A stretch of 64,000 bases of DNA from Gammaproteobacteria bacterium (lineage in GTDB: Bacteria; Pseudomonadota; Gammaproteobacteria; Steroidobacterales; XN24), in the NCBI GenBank assembly GCA_035514535.1, contig DATKAZ010000108.1, forward strand, positions 9,442 to 73,441, written 5' to 3'. Position numbers and translations under genes: made by a program. Shown here piece by piece: positions 36,075 through 46,534 of the stretch. The notes beneath the pieces were generated by a model. That model made no database searches, was not told the DNA's origin, and worked only from the letters and a program-made list of their open reading frames with translations. The first letter of the stretch is position 1. Each line of letters opens with the position of its first letter.

Positions 36075-37459
36075 TGCACGTCCATATCCTCGGTATCGGC
36101 GGCACGTTCATGGCGGGAATCGCATCGCTGGCGCGGGCGCTCGGCCACCGCGTTACCGGCACGGACCGGGCGCTCTACCCGCCGATGAGCACGCAGCTCG
36201 CGCAGCTCGGCATAGAGATCGTCGAGGGCTACGACAACGACCGGCTCGAGCCGGCGCCGGACTGCGTCATCGTCGGCAACGTCATGAGCCGCGGGATGCC
36301 GGTCGTCGAGCGCCTGCTGGACTCCGGGCTGGCCTACTGCTCCGGGCCCGAGTGGCTCGCGCGCGAAGTCCTGCGGGATCGCTGGACGCTGGCGGTGGCC
36401 GGCACGCACGGCAAGACCACGACCACGACTATTCTCGCCTTTCTGCTGGAAGCGGCGGGCCTGCGTCCCGGCTTCCTCGTCGGCGGCATTCCCGCCGACT
36501 TCGAGGCCTCGGCGCGACTGGGGGATGCGCCGTTTTTCGTCGTCGAGGCCGACGAGTACGATACGGCGTTCTTCGACAAGCGCTCGAAGTTCGTCCATTA
36601 CCGGCCGCGCACGCTCGTCCTCGGCAACCTGGAGTTCGACCACGCGGACATCTTCGACGACCTCGCCGCGATACAGCGGCAGTTCCACCACCTGGTCCGG
36701 ACGGTGCCGGGCAAGGGGCTGATCGTGTCGAACGGCGGCGAGGCGGCGCTCGAGGACGTCCTGGCGAAAGGGTGCTGGACGCCGGTAGAGCGGTTCGCCG
36801 CTGCCGCGGGCGGGTCGCCGGCGCCCGCCTGGCAGGCGCGCCTCGTCCCCGGCGGTTTCACGGTGACGGATCCCGACGGCGGCGAGGTCGCGCGCGTAAA
36901 GTGGGCCATGCCCGGCGCCCATAATGCCGAGAACGCGCTGGCCGCGATGCTGGCCGCACGGCATGCGGGGGTGCCGTTCGAGGCATCGGTCCGGTCGCTC
37001 GAGGCGTTCCGTGGCGTGAAGCGCCGCCAGGAATGGATCGGCACCGCCGCCGGCGTCGAGCTGTTCGACGACTTCGCGCATCATCCGACCGCGATCGCGC
37101 GCACGCTCGAGGCGATGCGCGACGGGCTGGAACGGGGGCGGCTGGTCGCCGTCCTCGAGCCACGCTCGAACACCATGCGGCTGGGCGTGCACGCCGCGAC
37201 GCTCGCGCCCTCGCTGGGGGCGGCCGACCGGGTCTATGTCCACGCGCCCGCCGGGCTCGGCTGGGACGCGGCCGGCGCGTTGCGCGCTCTCGGGGAGCGC
37301 GCCTGCATCGCCGCGGAGCTCGAGGACCTGGAGGCTATACTGCTGGCAGAGCTGCGCGCCGGTGATCGCGTGGTGCTGATGTCGAACGGGAGTTTCGGCG
37401 GGCTGCACCGCCGATTGCTGAACGGCCTCGAGGCGCGCGCGAGGAGGGACGCGGAATGA
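36074..37459 (+). CDS. mpl: Murein peptide ligase
   Basis: [59 protein letters not shown] and EPRSNTM motifs. Confidence 0.97.
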   Translation: MHVHILGIGGTFMAGIASLARALGHRVTGTDRALYPPMSTQLAQLGIEIVEGYDNDRLEPAPDCVIVGNVMSRGMPVVERLLDSGLAYCSGPEWLAREVLRDRWTLAVAGTHGKTTTTTILAFLLEAAGLRPGFLVGGIPADFEASARLGDAPFFVVEADEYDTAFFDKRSKFVHYRPRTLVLGNLEFDHADIFDDLAAIQRQFHHLVRTVPGKGLIVSNGGEAALEDVLAKGCWTPVERFAAAAGGSPAPAWQARLVPGGFTVTDPDGGEVARVKWAMPGAHNAENALAAMLAARHAGVPFEASVRSLEAFRGVKRRQEWIGTAAGVELFDDFAHHPTAIARTLEAMRDGLERGRLVAVLEPRSNTMRLGVHAATLAPSLGAADRVYVHAPAGLGWDAAGALRALGERACIAAELEDLEAILLAELRAGDRVVLMSNGSFGGLHRRLLNGLEARARRDAE

Positions 37460-38070
37460 GCCTGCACGTGGCACTGGCGATGACCGGCGCATCGGGCGCG
37501 CAGTACGGGCTGCGCCTCCTCGAGTGCCTGCTGGGGGCGGAGTGCCGGGTCACGCTGATGATCTCCAAGCCGGCGCAGGTCGTCATCGGCATGGAAACGG
37601 ATCTCGCCCTGCCGTCCAGGCCGGCGGAGATCCAGCGCTTTTTCTGTGAACGCCACGGCGTGCCGGAGTCACGCCTCGCCGTGCACGGCCGGGAGGAGTG
37701 GACCGCGCCGGTCGCCAGCGGCTCCGCCGCGCCCGCCGCGATGGTCGTCTGCCCCTGCACGACGGCCACGGTGTCGGCGCTTGCCACGGGTGCGAGCCGC
37801 AGTCTCATCGAGCGTGCGGGCGATGTGGTCCTCAAGGAGCGCCGCCCCCTGTTGCTGGTCGTCCGCGAGACGCCGTTCTCGGCCATACACCTCGAGAACA
37901 TGCTGACGCTCGCGCGCGCCGGCGCGGTGATCATGCCCGCGAATCCGGGCTTCTATCACCGGCCCGCCGACGTCGCCGCGCTGGTCGATTTCGTCGTGGC
38001 GCGCGTGCTCGACCATCTCGGCCTTCCGCAGCATCTCGTACCCGCGTGGGGCGGGGGCGGCAGCGGGTGA
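37456..38070 (+). CDS. ubiX: Flavin prenyltransferase UbiX
   Basis: [36 protein letters not shown] and PGFY motifs. Confidence 0.95.
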   Translation: MSLHVALAMTGASGAQYGLRLLECLLGAECRVTLMISKPAQVVIGMETDLALPSRPAEIQRFFCERHGVPESRLAVHGREEWTAPVASGSAAPAAMVVCPCTTATVSALATGASRSLIERAGDVVLKERRPLLLVVRETPFSAIHLENMLTLARAGAVIMPANPGFYHRPADVAALVDFVVARVLDHLGLPQHLVPAWGGGGSG

Positions 38071-38651
38071 GCAAGCCGTTCGAAATCCCGCTGTTCCCGC
38101 TGCAGACGGTCCTGTTCCCGGGCGGTCCCCTGCCGCTGCGCATCTTCGAGCCGCGCTACGTGGACATGATCAGCCGCTGCCTCAAGTCCGGCGTCGGCTT
38201 CGGCATTCTGCTGATCAAGGCGGGCGAGGAGTCCGGGCCGGCGAGCATGGAGCAGCTCGGCACCGTGGCGACGATCGTGGACTGGGATCAGCTGAACGAC
38301 GGCACGCTCGGCGTGGTGGTGATCGGCGGCGCGCGCTTTCTGCTGCGTTCATCGCGCCGCCTGGACGATGGCCTGAATGTCGGCATCGTCGACCTGCTCG
38401 AGTCCGAGCCGGTGGTGTCGCTGCCGGAGAGCTTCCATGACATGACGCGGCTGCTCGAGGGCGTGTTCGAGGACCTGGGGCCGCATTATCGCCACGTGAC
38501 GCCGGACTTCGGCGACGCGGGCTGGGTCGGTTGCCGGCTCGCGGAACTGCTGCCCATCGACCTCGAGCACAAGCAGCATTGCCTCGAGCTGTTCGACCCG
38601 CTGAAGCGCCTCGAGTATCTCGAGCCGCTGCTGAAGAGCCTGGGGCGCTGA
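38067..38651 (+). CDS. LON peptidase substrate-binding domain protein (no protease domain)
   Basis: [24 protein letters not shown] and RLAELLP; GTG start overlaps the ubiX stop. Confidence 0.9.
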   Translation: MSKPFEIPLFPLQTVLFPGGPLPLRIFEPRYVDMISRCLKSGVGFGILLIKAGEESGPASMEQLGTVATIVDWDQLNDGTLGVVVIGGARFLLRSSRRLDDGLNVGIVDLLESEPVVSLPESFHDMTRLLEGVFEDLGPHYRHVTPDFGDAGWVGCRLAELLPIDLEHKQHCLELFDPLKRLEYLEPLLKSLGR

Positions 38652-38652
38652 G

Positions 38653-38994
38653 ATGCCGGAGTCCCGGAATGCGGCGCTGTTCGCGGGGCGCGATCCGGTC
38701 TGCGTCCATCGCGGCACCGATCCCATCGAGGCCAGCCTGCTGCAGGGCCTGCTGGAGAGCGAGGGCATTCCCGCCACCGTGACCGGCGCGGACCTGGTGG
38801 GCGGCTACAGCGGGGTGCCGCGGGTCTGCGACGTGCGCCTGGTCGTGCCGGGCCGCTATCGCGCCAGTGCCGCCGCCGTGCTGGCGCGCTACGAGCGCGA
38901 GCGTCCGGCCGGGGAGGAGTGGCGCTGCGGCGCGTGCGGCGAACTCAACGCGGCGAGCTTCGAGTCGTGCTGGCGCTGCGGCGGGGGCTTTTAA
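38653..38994 (+). CDS. DUF2007-type putative signal-transducing protein with a C-terminal RanBP2-like zinc finger
   Basis: EA.LL.GLLESEGIPA and WRCGACGELN...FESCWRCG. Confidence 0.8.
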   Translation: MPESRNAALFAGRDPVCVHRGTDPIEASLLQGLLESEGIPATVTGADLVGGYSGVPRVCDVRLVVPGRYRASAAAVLARYERERPAGEEWRCGACGELNAASFESCWRCGGGF

Positions 38995-39039
38995 GGGGAC
39001 ACTGCTCGGATGGGGACACTGCTTTAAAGCAGTGTCCCC
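38995..39039. repeat. REP-like palindrome (GGGGACAC family)
   Basis: Half-site GGGGACACTGC at 38995-39005, plus the perfect 28-bp palindrome GGGGACACTGCTTTAAAGCAGTGTCCCC at 39012-39039. Confidence 0.9.
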
Positions 39040-39049
39040 TTTCACAGCC

Positions 39050-40312
39050 TTAAGCCCCCAATACCCGCCCGGCCGCGGCCACCGTCGCGTCAATATCCTC
39101 GTCCGTGTGCGCCAGCGAGACGAAGCCGGCCTCGAAGGCCGAGGGCGCGAGGTATACGCCTTCGTCGAGCATGCCGTGGAAGAATGCCTTGAAGCGTTCC
39201 TGGTCGCAGGCCATGACCTGCCTGAAGCTGCGCACGGGGCCGTCGCCGGTGAAGAACAGGCCGAACATACCGCCGACCGAGTGGCCTGAAAAAGGCACGC
39301 CGGCCGCGTCCGCGGCGGCCTGGATGCCAGCGACGAGCCGGCGCGTGCGGGCGCCGAGCACTTCGTAGGACGCCGGGTCGAGGCGCGCGAGGGTCGCGAC
39401 CCCCGCATGCATGGCCACCGGGTTGCCGGACAGCGTGCCCGCCTGGTAGATCGGGCCGAGCGGCGCGATCTGCTCCATGACGTCGCGCCGGCCGCCGAAA
39501 GCGCCGACCGGCATGCCGCCGCCGATGATTTTGCCGAGGGTCGTGAGGTCCGGGCGCACGCCGGACAGCTCCTGGACGCCGCCGAGCGCCACGCGGAAGC
39601 CGGTCATGACCTCGTCGAAAATCAGCAGCGCGCCGTGCCGGTCGCAGGCCGTGCGCAGACCCTCGAGGAAGCCGGGCGACGGCAGCACCATGTTCATGTT
39701 GCCGGCGATCGGCTCGACGATGATGCAGGCGATTTCGGCGCCGAGCTGCGCGAAGACCTGCTCGACCTCGTCGAGGTCGTTGTAGGTCAGCGTGATGGTG
39801 TGCTGCGCGAGCGAGGCGGGCACGCCCGGCGAGGTCGGCACGCCGAGCGTCAGCGCGCCCGAGCCCGCCTTGACCAGCAGCGAGTCCGAGTGGCCGTGGT
39901 AGCAGCCCTCGAACTTGACGATCTTGTCGCGCCCGGTGAAGCCGCGCGCGAGGCGGATCGCGCTCATGGTCGCCTCGGTGCCGGAGCTGACGAAGCGCAC
40001 CAGCTCGATCGACGGCATGATCTCGCACACCCGCCTGGCAAGCTCGGTCTCGATCGCCGTGGGGGCGCCGAAGGACAGGCCGTCGAGCGCCGCGGCGCGG
40101 ACCGCCTCGATGACGTCCGGATGCGCATGGCCCAGCACCATCGGACCCCATGAGCCGACGTAATCGGTATAGCGCTGGCCGTCCTCGCCCCAGATGTAGG
40201 CGCCCGCCGCCTTGCGGATGAACACCGGATCGCCGCCGACGGAGCGGAACGCGCGCACCGGCGAATTCACGCCGCCGGGAATGTAGCGCTGGGCCTCCTG
40301 GAACAGGTTCAC
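39050..40312 (-). CDS. hemL: Glutamate-1-semialdehyde 2,1-aminomutase
   Basis: [45 protein letters not shown] and [10 protein letters not shown] motifs. Confidence 0.98.
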   Translation of the reverse strand: MNLFQEAQRYIPGGVNSPVRAFRSVGGDPVFIRKAAGAYIWGEDGQRYTDYVGSWGPMVLGHAHPDVIEAVRAAALDGLSFGAPTAIETELARRVCEIMPSIELVRFVSSGTEATMSAIRLARGFTGRDKIVKFEGCYHGHSDSLLVKAGSGALTLGVPTSPGVPASLAQHTITLTYNDLDEVEQVFAQLGAEIACIIVEPIAGNMNMVLPSPGFLEGLRTACDRHGALLIFDEVMTGFRVALGGVQELSGVRPDLTTLGKIIGGGMPVGAFGGRRDVMEQIAPLGPIYQAGTLSGNPVAMHAGVATLARLDPASYEVLGARTRRLVAGIQAAADAAGVPFSGHSVGGMFGLFFTGDGPVRSFRQVMACDQERFKAFFHGMLDEGVYLAPSAFEAGFVSLAHTDEDIDATVAAAGRVLGA

Positions 40313-40367
40313 GATCGGCGAGCCTCCTGAAACCGGCCCGGCCGCGGCAAGCGGCCCGGCAAAACCG

Positions 40368-41018
40368 TCATTCTAGCCTTGCGCGGCCGCGCTCGCAGGC
40401 TGCGGAAAGTACCTGCGCGGCAGTGCGCGGATCGGGGCCGCCGAACAGGTCGCGAATCACGGCGATGCAATGCGCGCCCGCCGCGACGGTCGCCGCGGCA
40501 TTGTCGCGCGTGATCCCGCCGATCGCGACGACCGGCACCGGCAGCTTGTGCGCGGCTTCGCCGAGCAGCGCCAGCGAGGCGCGTGTTGCGCCGGGCTTGC
40601 TGAGCGACGGCCAGATGCTGCCGAACGCGACGTAGTCCGCGCCGGCGGCAACGGCTGCCCGGGCGAGGGCCGGCCGGTCGTAGCAGGACACGCCGATGAG
40701 CCGGTGCGGGCCGACGAGCTCGCGGGCACGCGCCGGCTCGTCGTCGTCGCGCCCGAGGTGCACGCCGTCGGCGCCCAGCTCCGCGGCCAGCGCGGCGTCG
40801 TCGTTGATGATGCACAACGCGCCGTGCGCGCGGCACGCCTCCAGGACCGCCCGCGCGCGCCTGCGCAGCGCCGCCGCGTCCGCGGTCTTGTCGCGGAACT
40901 GCACGATGCGCGCACCGCCCAGGATGGCCTGCGCCACGCGCTCGGCGAGCACGGCCTCGGGCAGCAGCTCAGGGTCGGTCAGGGCATACAGCCCCGGCGG
41001 CAGCGCGGGCTTCGCCAT
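40368..41018 (-). CDS. thiE: Thiamine-phosphate synthase
   Basis: GLYALT, QFRDK, INDD, DGVHLG, GVSCY, DYVAFG and VAIGGI motifs. Confidence 0.95.
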   Translation of the reverse strand: MAKPALPPGLYALTDPELLPEAVLAERVAQAILGGARIVQFRDKTADAAALRRRARAVLEACRAHGALCIINDDAALAAELGADGVHLGRDDDEPARARELVGPHRLIGVSCYDRPALARAAVAAGADYVAFGSIWPSLSKPGATRASLALLGEAAHKLPVPVVAIGGITRDNAAATVAAGAHCIAVIRDLFGGPDPRTAAQVLSAACERGRARLE

Positions 41019-41022
41019 GCGC

Positions 41023-41808
41023 TCAGGCCGGGCGGCGCAAGGGCACGTGCTGCCCGCGGCCCGGCCGGAACGCGCGCTCGAGCCACGCGTGGGTCAGGGC
41101 CTGGGCCCGGGCCACGGCCTCCTCGACGGAATCGCCGCAGGCGATGCGCGCGGCACAGGCGGAGGCGAGGGTACAGCCGGACCCGTGAAAACTGCCCGCG
41201 AGGCGGGGGGAGCGGAACTCGCGCGGCCCGGCGGGGCCGTACAGCGTGTCGAGCACCTCGCCGGCCCCGCTGTCGGGTTCGTCGCCGCCCTTGGCGAGCA
41301 CGTAGGCGCAGCCGGCACGGCGCAATGCCGCCGCGCGCGCGGCCGTATCCTCGTCGCCCGGCGCGAGCCGGCGGATCTCGAGCGCATTGGGCGTCAGCAG
41401 CGCGGTCAGCGGGCAGAGGCGCGCGAGGATGGCGTCGACCAGCGCGTCCTCGGCGAGCCGCGCGCCGCCCGCCGCGACCAGCACCGGATCGAGCACGACG
41501 GGGACGGCCGGATGTCGCGCCAGCACGTCGGCCACCGCCGCGGCGATCGCAGCCGTCGCCAGCAGGCCGATCTTGACCGCCGCGACCGGGATGTCGTCGA
41601 GTACCGCTTCCATCTGCGCCGCGACCAGGGCGGGCGACACCGGCTCCACGGCGGTCGCATTGACGGTGTCCTGCACCGTGAGGGCGGTGATGACCGGTGC
41701 CGGATGTGCGCCGGCCGCGGTGATCGCCTGGAGGTCGGCGGCAATGCCGGCGCCGCCGGAGGGATCGTTGCCGGCCACGACCAGCACCGTGGGTGGAATG
41801 TGTGTCAT
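41023..41808 (-). CDS. thiD: Hydroxymethylpyrimidine/phosphomethylpyrimidine kinase
   Basis: AGNDPSGGAGIAAD, TALTVQ, KIGL, DPV, TPN..E, KGG and FHGSGCT motifs. Confidence 0.92.
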   Translation of the reverse strand: MTHIPPTVLVVAGNDPSGGAGIAADLQAITAAGAHPAPVITALTVQDTVNATAVEPVSPALVAAQMEAVLDDIPVAAVKIGLLATAAIAAAVADVLARHPAVPVVLDPVLVAAGGARLAEDALVDAILARLCPLTALLTPNALEIRRLAPGDEDTAARAAALRRAGCAYVLAKGGDEPDSGAGEVLDTLYGPAGPREFRSPRLAGSFHGSGCTLASACAARIACGDSVEEAVARAQALTHAWLERAFRPGRGQHVPLRRPA

Positions 41809-41857
41809 ACGGCTTGGGTCGGGCGCGTCTGCGTGCGAGAATCGGCGGTTGTCTCGA

Positions 41858-42895
41858 TTATCGCCGCGGCGGGTCATTGATGAAAGCCTGGATGTGCGTC
41901 ATTTGCGGGTTTGTGTACGAGGAAGCTGCAGGCGACCCCGAAGGCGGCCTCGCGCCCGGCACGAAGTGGGACGACGTCCCGCTCAGCTGGCGCTGCCCGG
42001 ATTGCGGCGCGGGCAAGGAAGACTTCGAGATGATCGAGATCTGAACCCCCGGCAGGCACCGCGCCAGCAGCGCCGGCACGCCCTCTGGGCCGACAAGGTG
42101 CAGGGCCCCGACGACCACCAGGCTGGTGCCGTCCTGCGCCAGCAGAGCCGTGATCCCGGGAAGCCAGGCGCGGTTCCGGCCGCTCACGATGCGGGTGTAC
42201 AGGTGCTCGATGCCGTCGAAGTCCCGCTCGAGCTGCCGTTCGAGCGCGTCGATGTCGCCGGCTCGCCAGCGCGCCACGAGTTCGGCCGTTTCGGCCTCCA
42301 GGGACGGCAGTTCCTCGAGCGTCCTGAGGAACACCTCGCGTTGTGTCTCGGCGTCCAGGTCCTTGAATAGCCGCAGCTGGGCTTCGAGCGTCTCCAGGCC
42401 GGTCACGGGCTTGCCGTCCCGCGCCGCCCAGCCGGCCACCTGGAGGTCGACGCCGCGCGCCGGCTCGTATCCCGCCCGCGCGAGCGCGGCGGTCTGCAGC
42501 ACCAGGGTCGCGAACCAGGGCTCCGCGGCCGCGACCGGACCGAGCTCGAGTCCCGCGGCGCTGGCGTGGGCCTCGGCACGGCGCCACTCTTCCGCGCTGA
42601 GCAGCTCGCCGACCGAGCCACCCGGCGAGACGGTGCCGACGCGCTGCAGCACCAGGGCCGCCGCCGCCGGTTCCAGTTCGCGGGGGTCGAGCTCCATGAC
42701 GACGCGGTCCGCCCGCAGGTAAGCCGCGCGCACCGCTTCGGGCAGCGGCTGATCTTCGTCCCGGAGCACATGCACCGAGCCCAGCAGCATCACCGTGCTC
42801 GAGCCGTCGGCGCTCTGCAGCGACCACAGCGGGACGGCCGCCAGCGGCCCCGTGACCGACCACAGGGCGAAAAGGACGATGCCGCGTGCGATCAA
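41858..42895 (-). CDS. TraB/GumN family protein (C-terminus reads antisense through rubredoxin)
   Basis: Signal-like N-terminus from TTG 42895, PLW, LLGSVH, VME, PWF, GVD, GLET...Q, RNRAW and VGALHLVG motifs. Confidence 0.88.
   Translation of the reverse strand: MIARGIVLFALWSVTGPLAAVPLWSLQSADGSSTVMLLGSVHVLRDEDQPLPEAVRAAYLRADRVVMELDPRELEPAAAALVLQRVGTVSPGGSVGELLSAEEWRRAEAHASAAGLELGPVAAAEPWFATLVLQTAALARAGYEPARGVDLQVAGWAARDGKPVTGLETLEAQLRLFKDLDAETQREVFLRTLEELPSLEAETAELVARWRAGDIDALERQLERDFDGIEHLYTRIVSGRNRAWLPGITALLAQDGTSLVVVGALHLVGPEGVPALLARCLPGVQISIISKSSLPAPQSGQRQLSGTSSHFVPGARPPSGSPAASSYTNPQMTHIQAFINDPPRR
41880..42044 (+). CDS. Rubredoxin
   Basis: WMCVICGFVYEE..GDP..G..PGTKW..VP..WRCPDCG..K.DF. 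Confidence 0.96.
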   Translation: MKAWMCVICGFVYEEAAGDPEGGLAPGTKWDDVPLSWRCPDCGAGKEDFEMIEI

Positions 42896-43485
42896 GAGCG
42901 GCGGGCCCTGGTGCCGGAGGCGGCGACGCGCGCCAGCCACGCGATGCGCGCCGAGGACTCCAGCGAGCAGGTCCACTTGTAGGCGAGGTCGAGGGTCGCG
43001 CCCGCCGCGTAGACGCCGTGCCCGCGCACGATGCAGATGCGGTGCTCCGCGAGGGCCGCGGCGACCTCGTCCGGGGAACGGGTTGGGTACTGTTCGGGCG
43101 GGATGTCCAGCACCGGGACCACGGGAAAATAATAGCGGCCCTCGAAATCGATGGCGCGGAAATCGCCTTTGGCGAGCGTCATCGCGATGCTGTACGGCCC
43201 GTGGCTGTGCAGCACGGCCGTCGCGTCCGGCCGGGCGCGATACACGGCGAGATGCAGCGGCGCGTCGAGCGAGGCGCCGGACGGTGCCGGCCGGTCGAGG
43301 CGGCAGGCCAGCAGGTCGTCCACGCCCAGGGTATCGGCGCAGCAGCCGGTCGGCGTGACCCAGGCGATCTCGCCTTCGCGCAGCGACGCGTTGCCGCTGT
43401 GGGAGTCGTTGAGGCCGTATTGCCTGAGCCAGCCGTAACAGCGCACCAGCGCATGGCGCGCATCGCCCGGCGCGGCCCGGCTCAC
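42892..43485 (-). CDS. Class II aldolase/adducin family protein
   Basis: GLNDSHSGNAS, TPTG, S.D..LH..VY, VLHSH and RGHG metal-binding motifs; GTG start overlaps the cpdA stop. Confidence 0.88.
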   Translation of the reverse strand: MSRAAPGDARHALVRCYGWLRQYGLNDSHSGNASLREGEIAWVTPTGCCADTLGVDDLLACRLDRPAPSGASLDAPLHLAVYRARPDATAVLHSHGPYSIAMTLAKGDFRAIDFEGRYYFPVVPVLDIPPEQYPTRSPDEVAAALAEHRICIVRGHGVYAAGATLDLAYKWTCSLESSARIAWLARVAASGTRARRS

Positions 43486-44264
43486 GCCCCGAACCCCGGC
43501 GGCTTCGGCGCACGCTCGACACGGCTGACGATCCGTCCGTCCGGCAGGAGCTCCAGCCAGCGCCAGCCGGGACCGGCTGCCCGGTCCACGTCGGATTCCT
43601 GCACCTTGGGCATGAACTGGAAACAGGTCGACGGCGTGCCGAGCATGCGCACGCCGCGGCGCTGGCTCTCCTGTTCCTGGTGCACGTGCCCCCACAGGAT
43701 GCAACGCACGCGCGCGCAGGCGTCGATGACGGCAAAGAAATCGTCGGCATTGTCGAGTCCGACCTTGTCCAGCCAGGAGCCCGTGGGCACCGGGTGGTGG
43801 TGCAGGACGACGAGCACATGGGGCTCGGTGTGCTGCTCCAGCGCCCGACCGAGGCGCTGCAACTCGTCCTGTGGCAGGCGGCCGCCGCCGCGGTCGCCGT
43901 CCCAGGTGGTAAGCATCACGAGACGCCAGCGGCCGAGCGCGTAGTCGCCGCAATAGTGGAAGGGGGGGCGGTCGAGCTCCGCGGCCATGTTGGCGGGATC
44001 GTCGTGATTGCCGGGAATGCAGTACACGGGCACGCTCGGCGTCGCGAGGATTTCCCGCACATGGCGGTAGGATTCCGGGGAGCCGTCCTGCGACAGGTCG
44101 CCGGTGGCGAGGATGGCATCGGGCGGCGCACGGTCCGCGAGCGCGGCGGCGAGCGTCAGTTGGAGGGACTCACGCGTCGGCCAGCCCTTCACGTGGCCAT
44201 CGGGCGCGCCGCGCAGGTGGCTGTCGGTGAGCTGGAGCAACCGCAGCGGACGGTCTGCGCCCAT
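43482..44264 (-). CDS. cpdA: 3',5'-cyclic-AMP phosphodiesterase CpdA-type metallophosphoesterase
   Basis: TDSH, TGDLSQD, PGNHD, HHHP, GHVHQ and TPSTCFQF motifs. Confidence 0.88.
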   Translation of the reverse strand: MGADRPLRLLQLTDSHLRGAPDGHVKGWPTRESLQLTLAAALADRAPPDAILATGDLSQDGSPESYRHVREILATPSVPVYCIPGNHDDPANMAAELDRPPFHYCGDYALGRWRLVMLTTWDGDRGGGRLPQDELQRLGRALEQHTEPHVLVVLHHHPVPTGSWLDKVGLDNADDFFAVIDACARVRCILWGHVHQEQESQRRGVRMLGTPSTCFQFMPKVQESDVDRAAGPGWRWLELLPDGRIVSRVERAPKPPGFGA

Positions 44265-44337
44265 GCCCTGTACCCCTTAGAATCCGCTGGAATCGCTAGT
44301 GTAACCAAACCACGATCGCCGCAATGGGATTTACCTC

Positions 44338-45000
44338 ATGTCCAATCGCAGCATCGCCCTCGACGGGCCGCTCTACGAATACCTGCTGTCCGCCTCGCTG
44401 CGCGAGCCGGCCGTGCTCGCGCGGCTGCGCGCCGAGACCGCGGCGCATCCGCGTGCGAACATGCAGATCGCACCCGAGCAGGGGCAGTTCATGGCGTTGC
44501 TGGCGCGCCTGCTCGGGGCCACGCGGTGTATCGAGGTCGGCGTGTTCACCGGCTACAGCAGCCTGGCGGTAGCCCTGGCCATGCCCCCGACCGGGCGCAT
44601 CGTCGCCTGCGACATCAGCGAGGAATACACCGCCGTGGCGCGCCGTTACTGGCAGGAAGCGGGCGTGGCCGGCAGGATCGACCTGCGGATCGCGCCGGCG
44701 CTCGAGACCCTCGACGGACTGCTCGCGGCGGGCGGCGCGGGGGCCTGGGACTTCGGTTTCATCGATGCCGACAAGGGCGCCTACCCGGATTACTACGAGC
44801 GCCTCCTCGAGCTGTTGCGCCCCGGCGGGCTGATCGCCGTGGACAACACGCTGTGGGACGGCGCGGTCGCCGACCCCGACGACCAGCAGCCGGACACGGT
44901 GGCGATTCGCGCCTTCAACGAGAAGCTCAGGGACGACGCGCGCGTCGACCTGTCGCTCGTGCCGATCGGCGACGGCCTGACGCTCGCCAGGAAGCGCTGA
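44338..45000 (+). CDS. SAM-dependent O-methyltransferase (CCoAOMT/COMT-like)
   Basis: MQIAPEQGQF, EVGVFTGYS, FIDADK, RPGGLIAVDNTLW and PIGDGLTLARK motifs. Confidence 0.93.
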   Translation: MSNRSIALDGPLYEYLLSASLREPAVLARLRAETAAHPRANMQIAPEQGQFMALLARLLGATRCIEVGVFTGYSSLAVALAMPPTGRIVACDISEEYTAVARRYWQEAGVAGRIDLRIAPALETLDGLLAAGGAGAWDFGFIDADKGAYPDYYERLLELLRPGGLIAVDNTLWDGAVADPDDQQPDTVAIRAFNEKLRDDARVDLSLVPIGDGLTLARKR

Positions 45001-45003
45001 GAC

Positions 45004-45064
45004 GGGGACACTGCGAAGATGGGGACACTGCTTTTAAGCAGTGTCCCCTTCCTGCAGTGTCCCC
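45004..45064. repeat. REP-like nested palindrome (GGGGACAC family)
   Basis: GGGGACACTGC at 45004-45014, core GGGGACACTGCTTTTAAGCAGTGTCCCC at 45021-45048, and GCAGTGTCCCC at 45054-45064. Confidence 0.9.
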
Positions 45065-45068
45065 TACC

Positions 45069-46487
45069 TCAATAGCGGTAATGGTCCGGCTTGAACGGCC
45101 CGTTCTGGTCGACGCCGATGTATTTTGCCTGGTCCGGTCGCAGCTTCGTCAACTGCGCGCCGATCCGCCCCAGGTGCAGCCGCGCGACCTCCTCGTCGAG
45201 GTGCTTCGGGAGGACGTAGACCTTGTTGGCGTAACGGCCGTCATTGCCGAACAGCTCCATCTGCGCCAGCACCTGGTTGGTGAAGCTGGCCGACATCACG
45301 AAGCTCGGGTGGCCGGTGGCGCAGCCCAGGTTCACGAGCCGGCCCTCGGCCAGCAGGATGATGCGCTTGCCGTCCGGGAAGATCACGTGGTCGACCTGTG
45401 GCTTGATGTTCTCCCACGGGTAGTTCTTCAACCCGGCGACGTCGATCTCGTTGTCGAAATGCCCGATGTTGCAGACGATGGCCTGGTTCTTCATCCGCAG
45501 CGCATGCTCGCGCGTGATGACGTGGTAATTGCCGGTGGCGGTGACGAAGATATCCGCCTTGTCGACGGCCTCGTCCATGGTCACCACGCGATAGCCCTCC
45601 ATGCTCGCCTGCAGCGCGCAGATCGGGTCGATCTCGGTGACCCACACGGTCGCGCCCAGGCCGCGCAGCGACTGGGCACAGCCCTTGCCGACGTCGCCGT
45701 AACCTGCGATCACCGCGATCTTGCCGGCGATCATCACGTCGGTGGCGCGCTTGATGCCGTCGACGAGTGACTCGCGGCAGCCGTAGAGATTGTCGAACTT
45801 GCTCTTCGTGACCGAGTCGTTGACGTTGATCGCCGGGAACGGCAGGCGGCCGTCCTTCTCCATCTGGTACAGGCGGTGCACGCCCGTGGTCGTCTCTTCG
45901 GTGACGCCGAGGATGCTGTCCTGCACCTTCGTGTACCAGCCGGGACGGGTCTCGAGCCGGTGCCGGATGGCCTTGAACAGTGACTCCTCCTCCTCGCTGC
46001 CGGGGGCGTCGAGCACCGTGGGATCCTCCTCGGCGCGCGCGCCGAGCGTCACGGCCAGGGTCGCGTCGCCGCCGTCATCGAGGATCATGTTCGGCTCGCC
46101 GCCGTCGCCCCACTCGAGGATGCGGTGCGTGAACTCCCAGTACTCGTCCAGCGTCTCGCCCTTGTAGGCGAATACCGGCACGCCGGCCTTGGCGATGGCC
46201 GCCGCCGCGTGATCCTGCGTCGAGTAGATGTTGCAGGACGCCCAGCGCACCTCCGCGCCGAGTTCCAGGAGGGTCTCGATCAGCACGGCGGTCTGGATCG
46301 TCATGTGCAGGCTGCCGGCGACGCGCGCGCCCTTGAGCGGCTTGTCCTTGCCGTACTTGGCGCGCAGCGCCATAAGCCCCGGCATCTCGGTCTCGGCGAT
46401 GGCGATTTCCTTGCGCCCCCAGTCGGCGAGGCCGAGATCGGCGACGTGAAAGTCCGGCTGGATTGCTTGTGCGGTCTGGCTGCTCAT
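45069..46487 (-). CDS. ahcY: S-adenosyl-L-homocysteine hydrolase
   Basis: [51 protein letters not shown] and GHPSFVMS motifs. Confidence 0.98.
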   Translation of the reverse strand: MSSQTAQAIQPDFHVADLGLADWGRKEIAIAETEMPGLMALRAKYGKDKPLKGARVAGSLHMTIQTAVLIETLLELGAEVRWASCNIYSTQDHAAAAIAKAGVPVFAYKGETLDEYWEFTHRILEWGDGGEPNMILDDGGDATLAVTLGARAEEDPTVLDAPGSEEEESLFKAIRHRLETRPGWYTKVQDSILGVTEETTTGVHRLYQMEKDGRLPFPAINVNDSVTKSKFDNLYGCRESLVDGIKRATDVMIAGKIAVIAGYGDVGKGCAQSLRGLGATVWVTEIDPICALQASMEGYRVVTMDEAVDKADIFVTATGNYHVITREHALRMKNQAIVCNIGHFDNEIDVAGLKNYPWENIKPQVDHVIFPDGKRIILLAEGRLVNLGCATGHPSFVMSASFTNQVLAQMELFGNDGRYANKVYVLPKHLDEEVARLHLGRIGAQLTKLRPDQAKYIGVDQNGPFKPDHYRY

Positions 46488-46534
46488 AGTGTCTCCGAAT
46501 ATTCTGCGGTCGCTGCGTGATGTGTTGCCAAGGC

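Noticed and set aside
41809-41879. TPP riboswitch upstream of thiD-thiE
   Set aside because: The gap to the divergent rubredoxin gene is only 71 nt and has no aptamer motifs.
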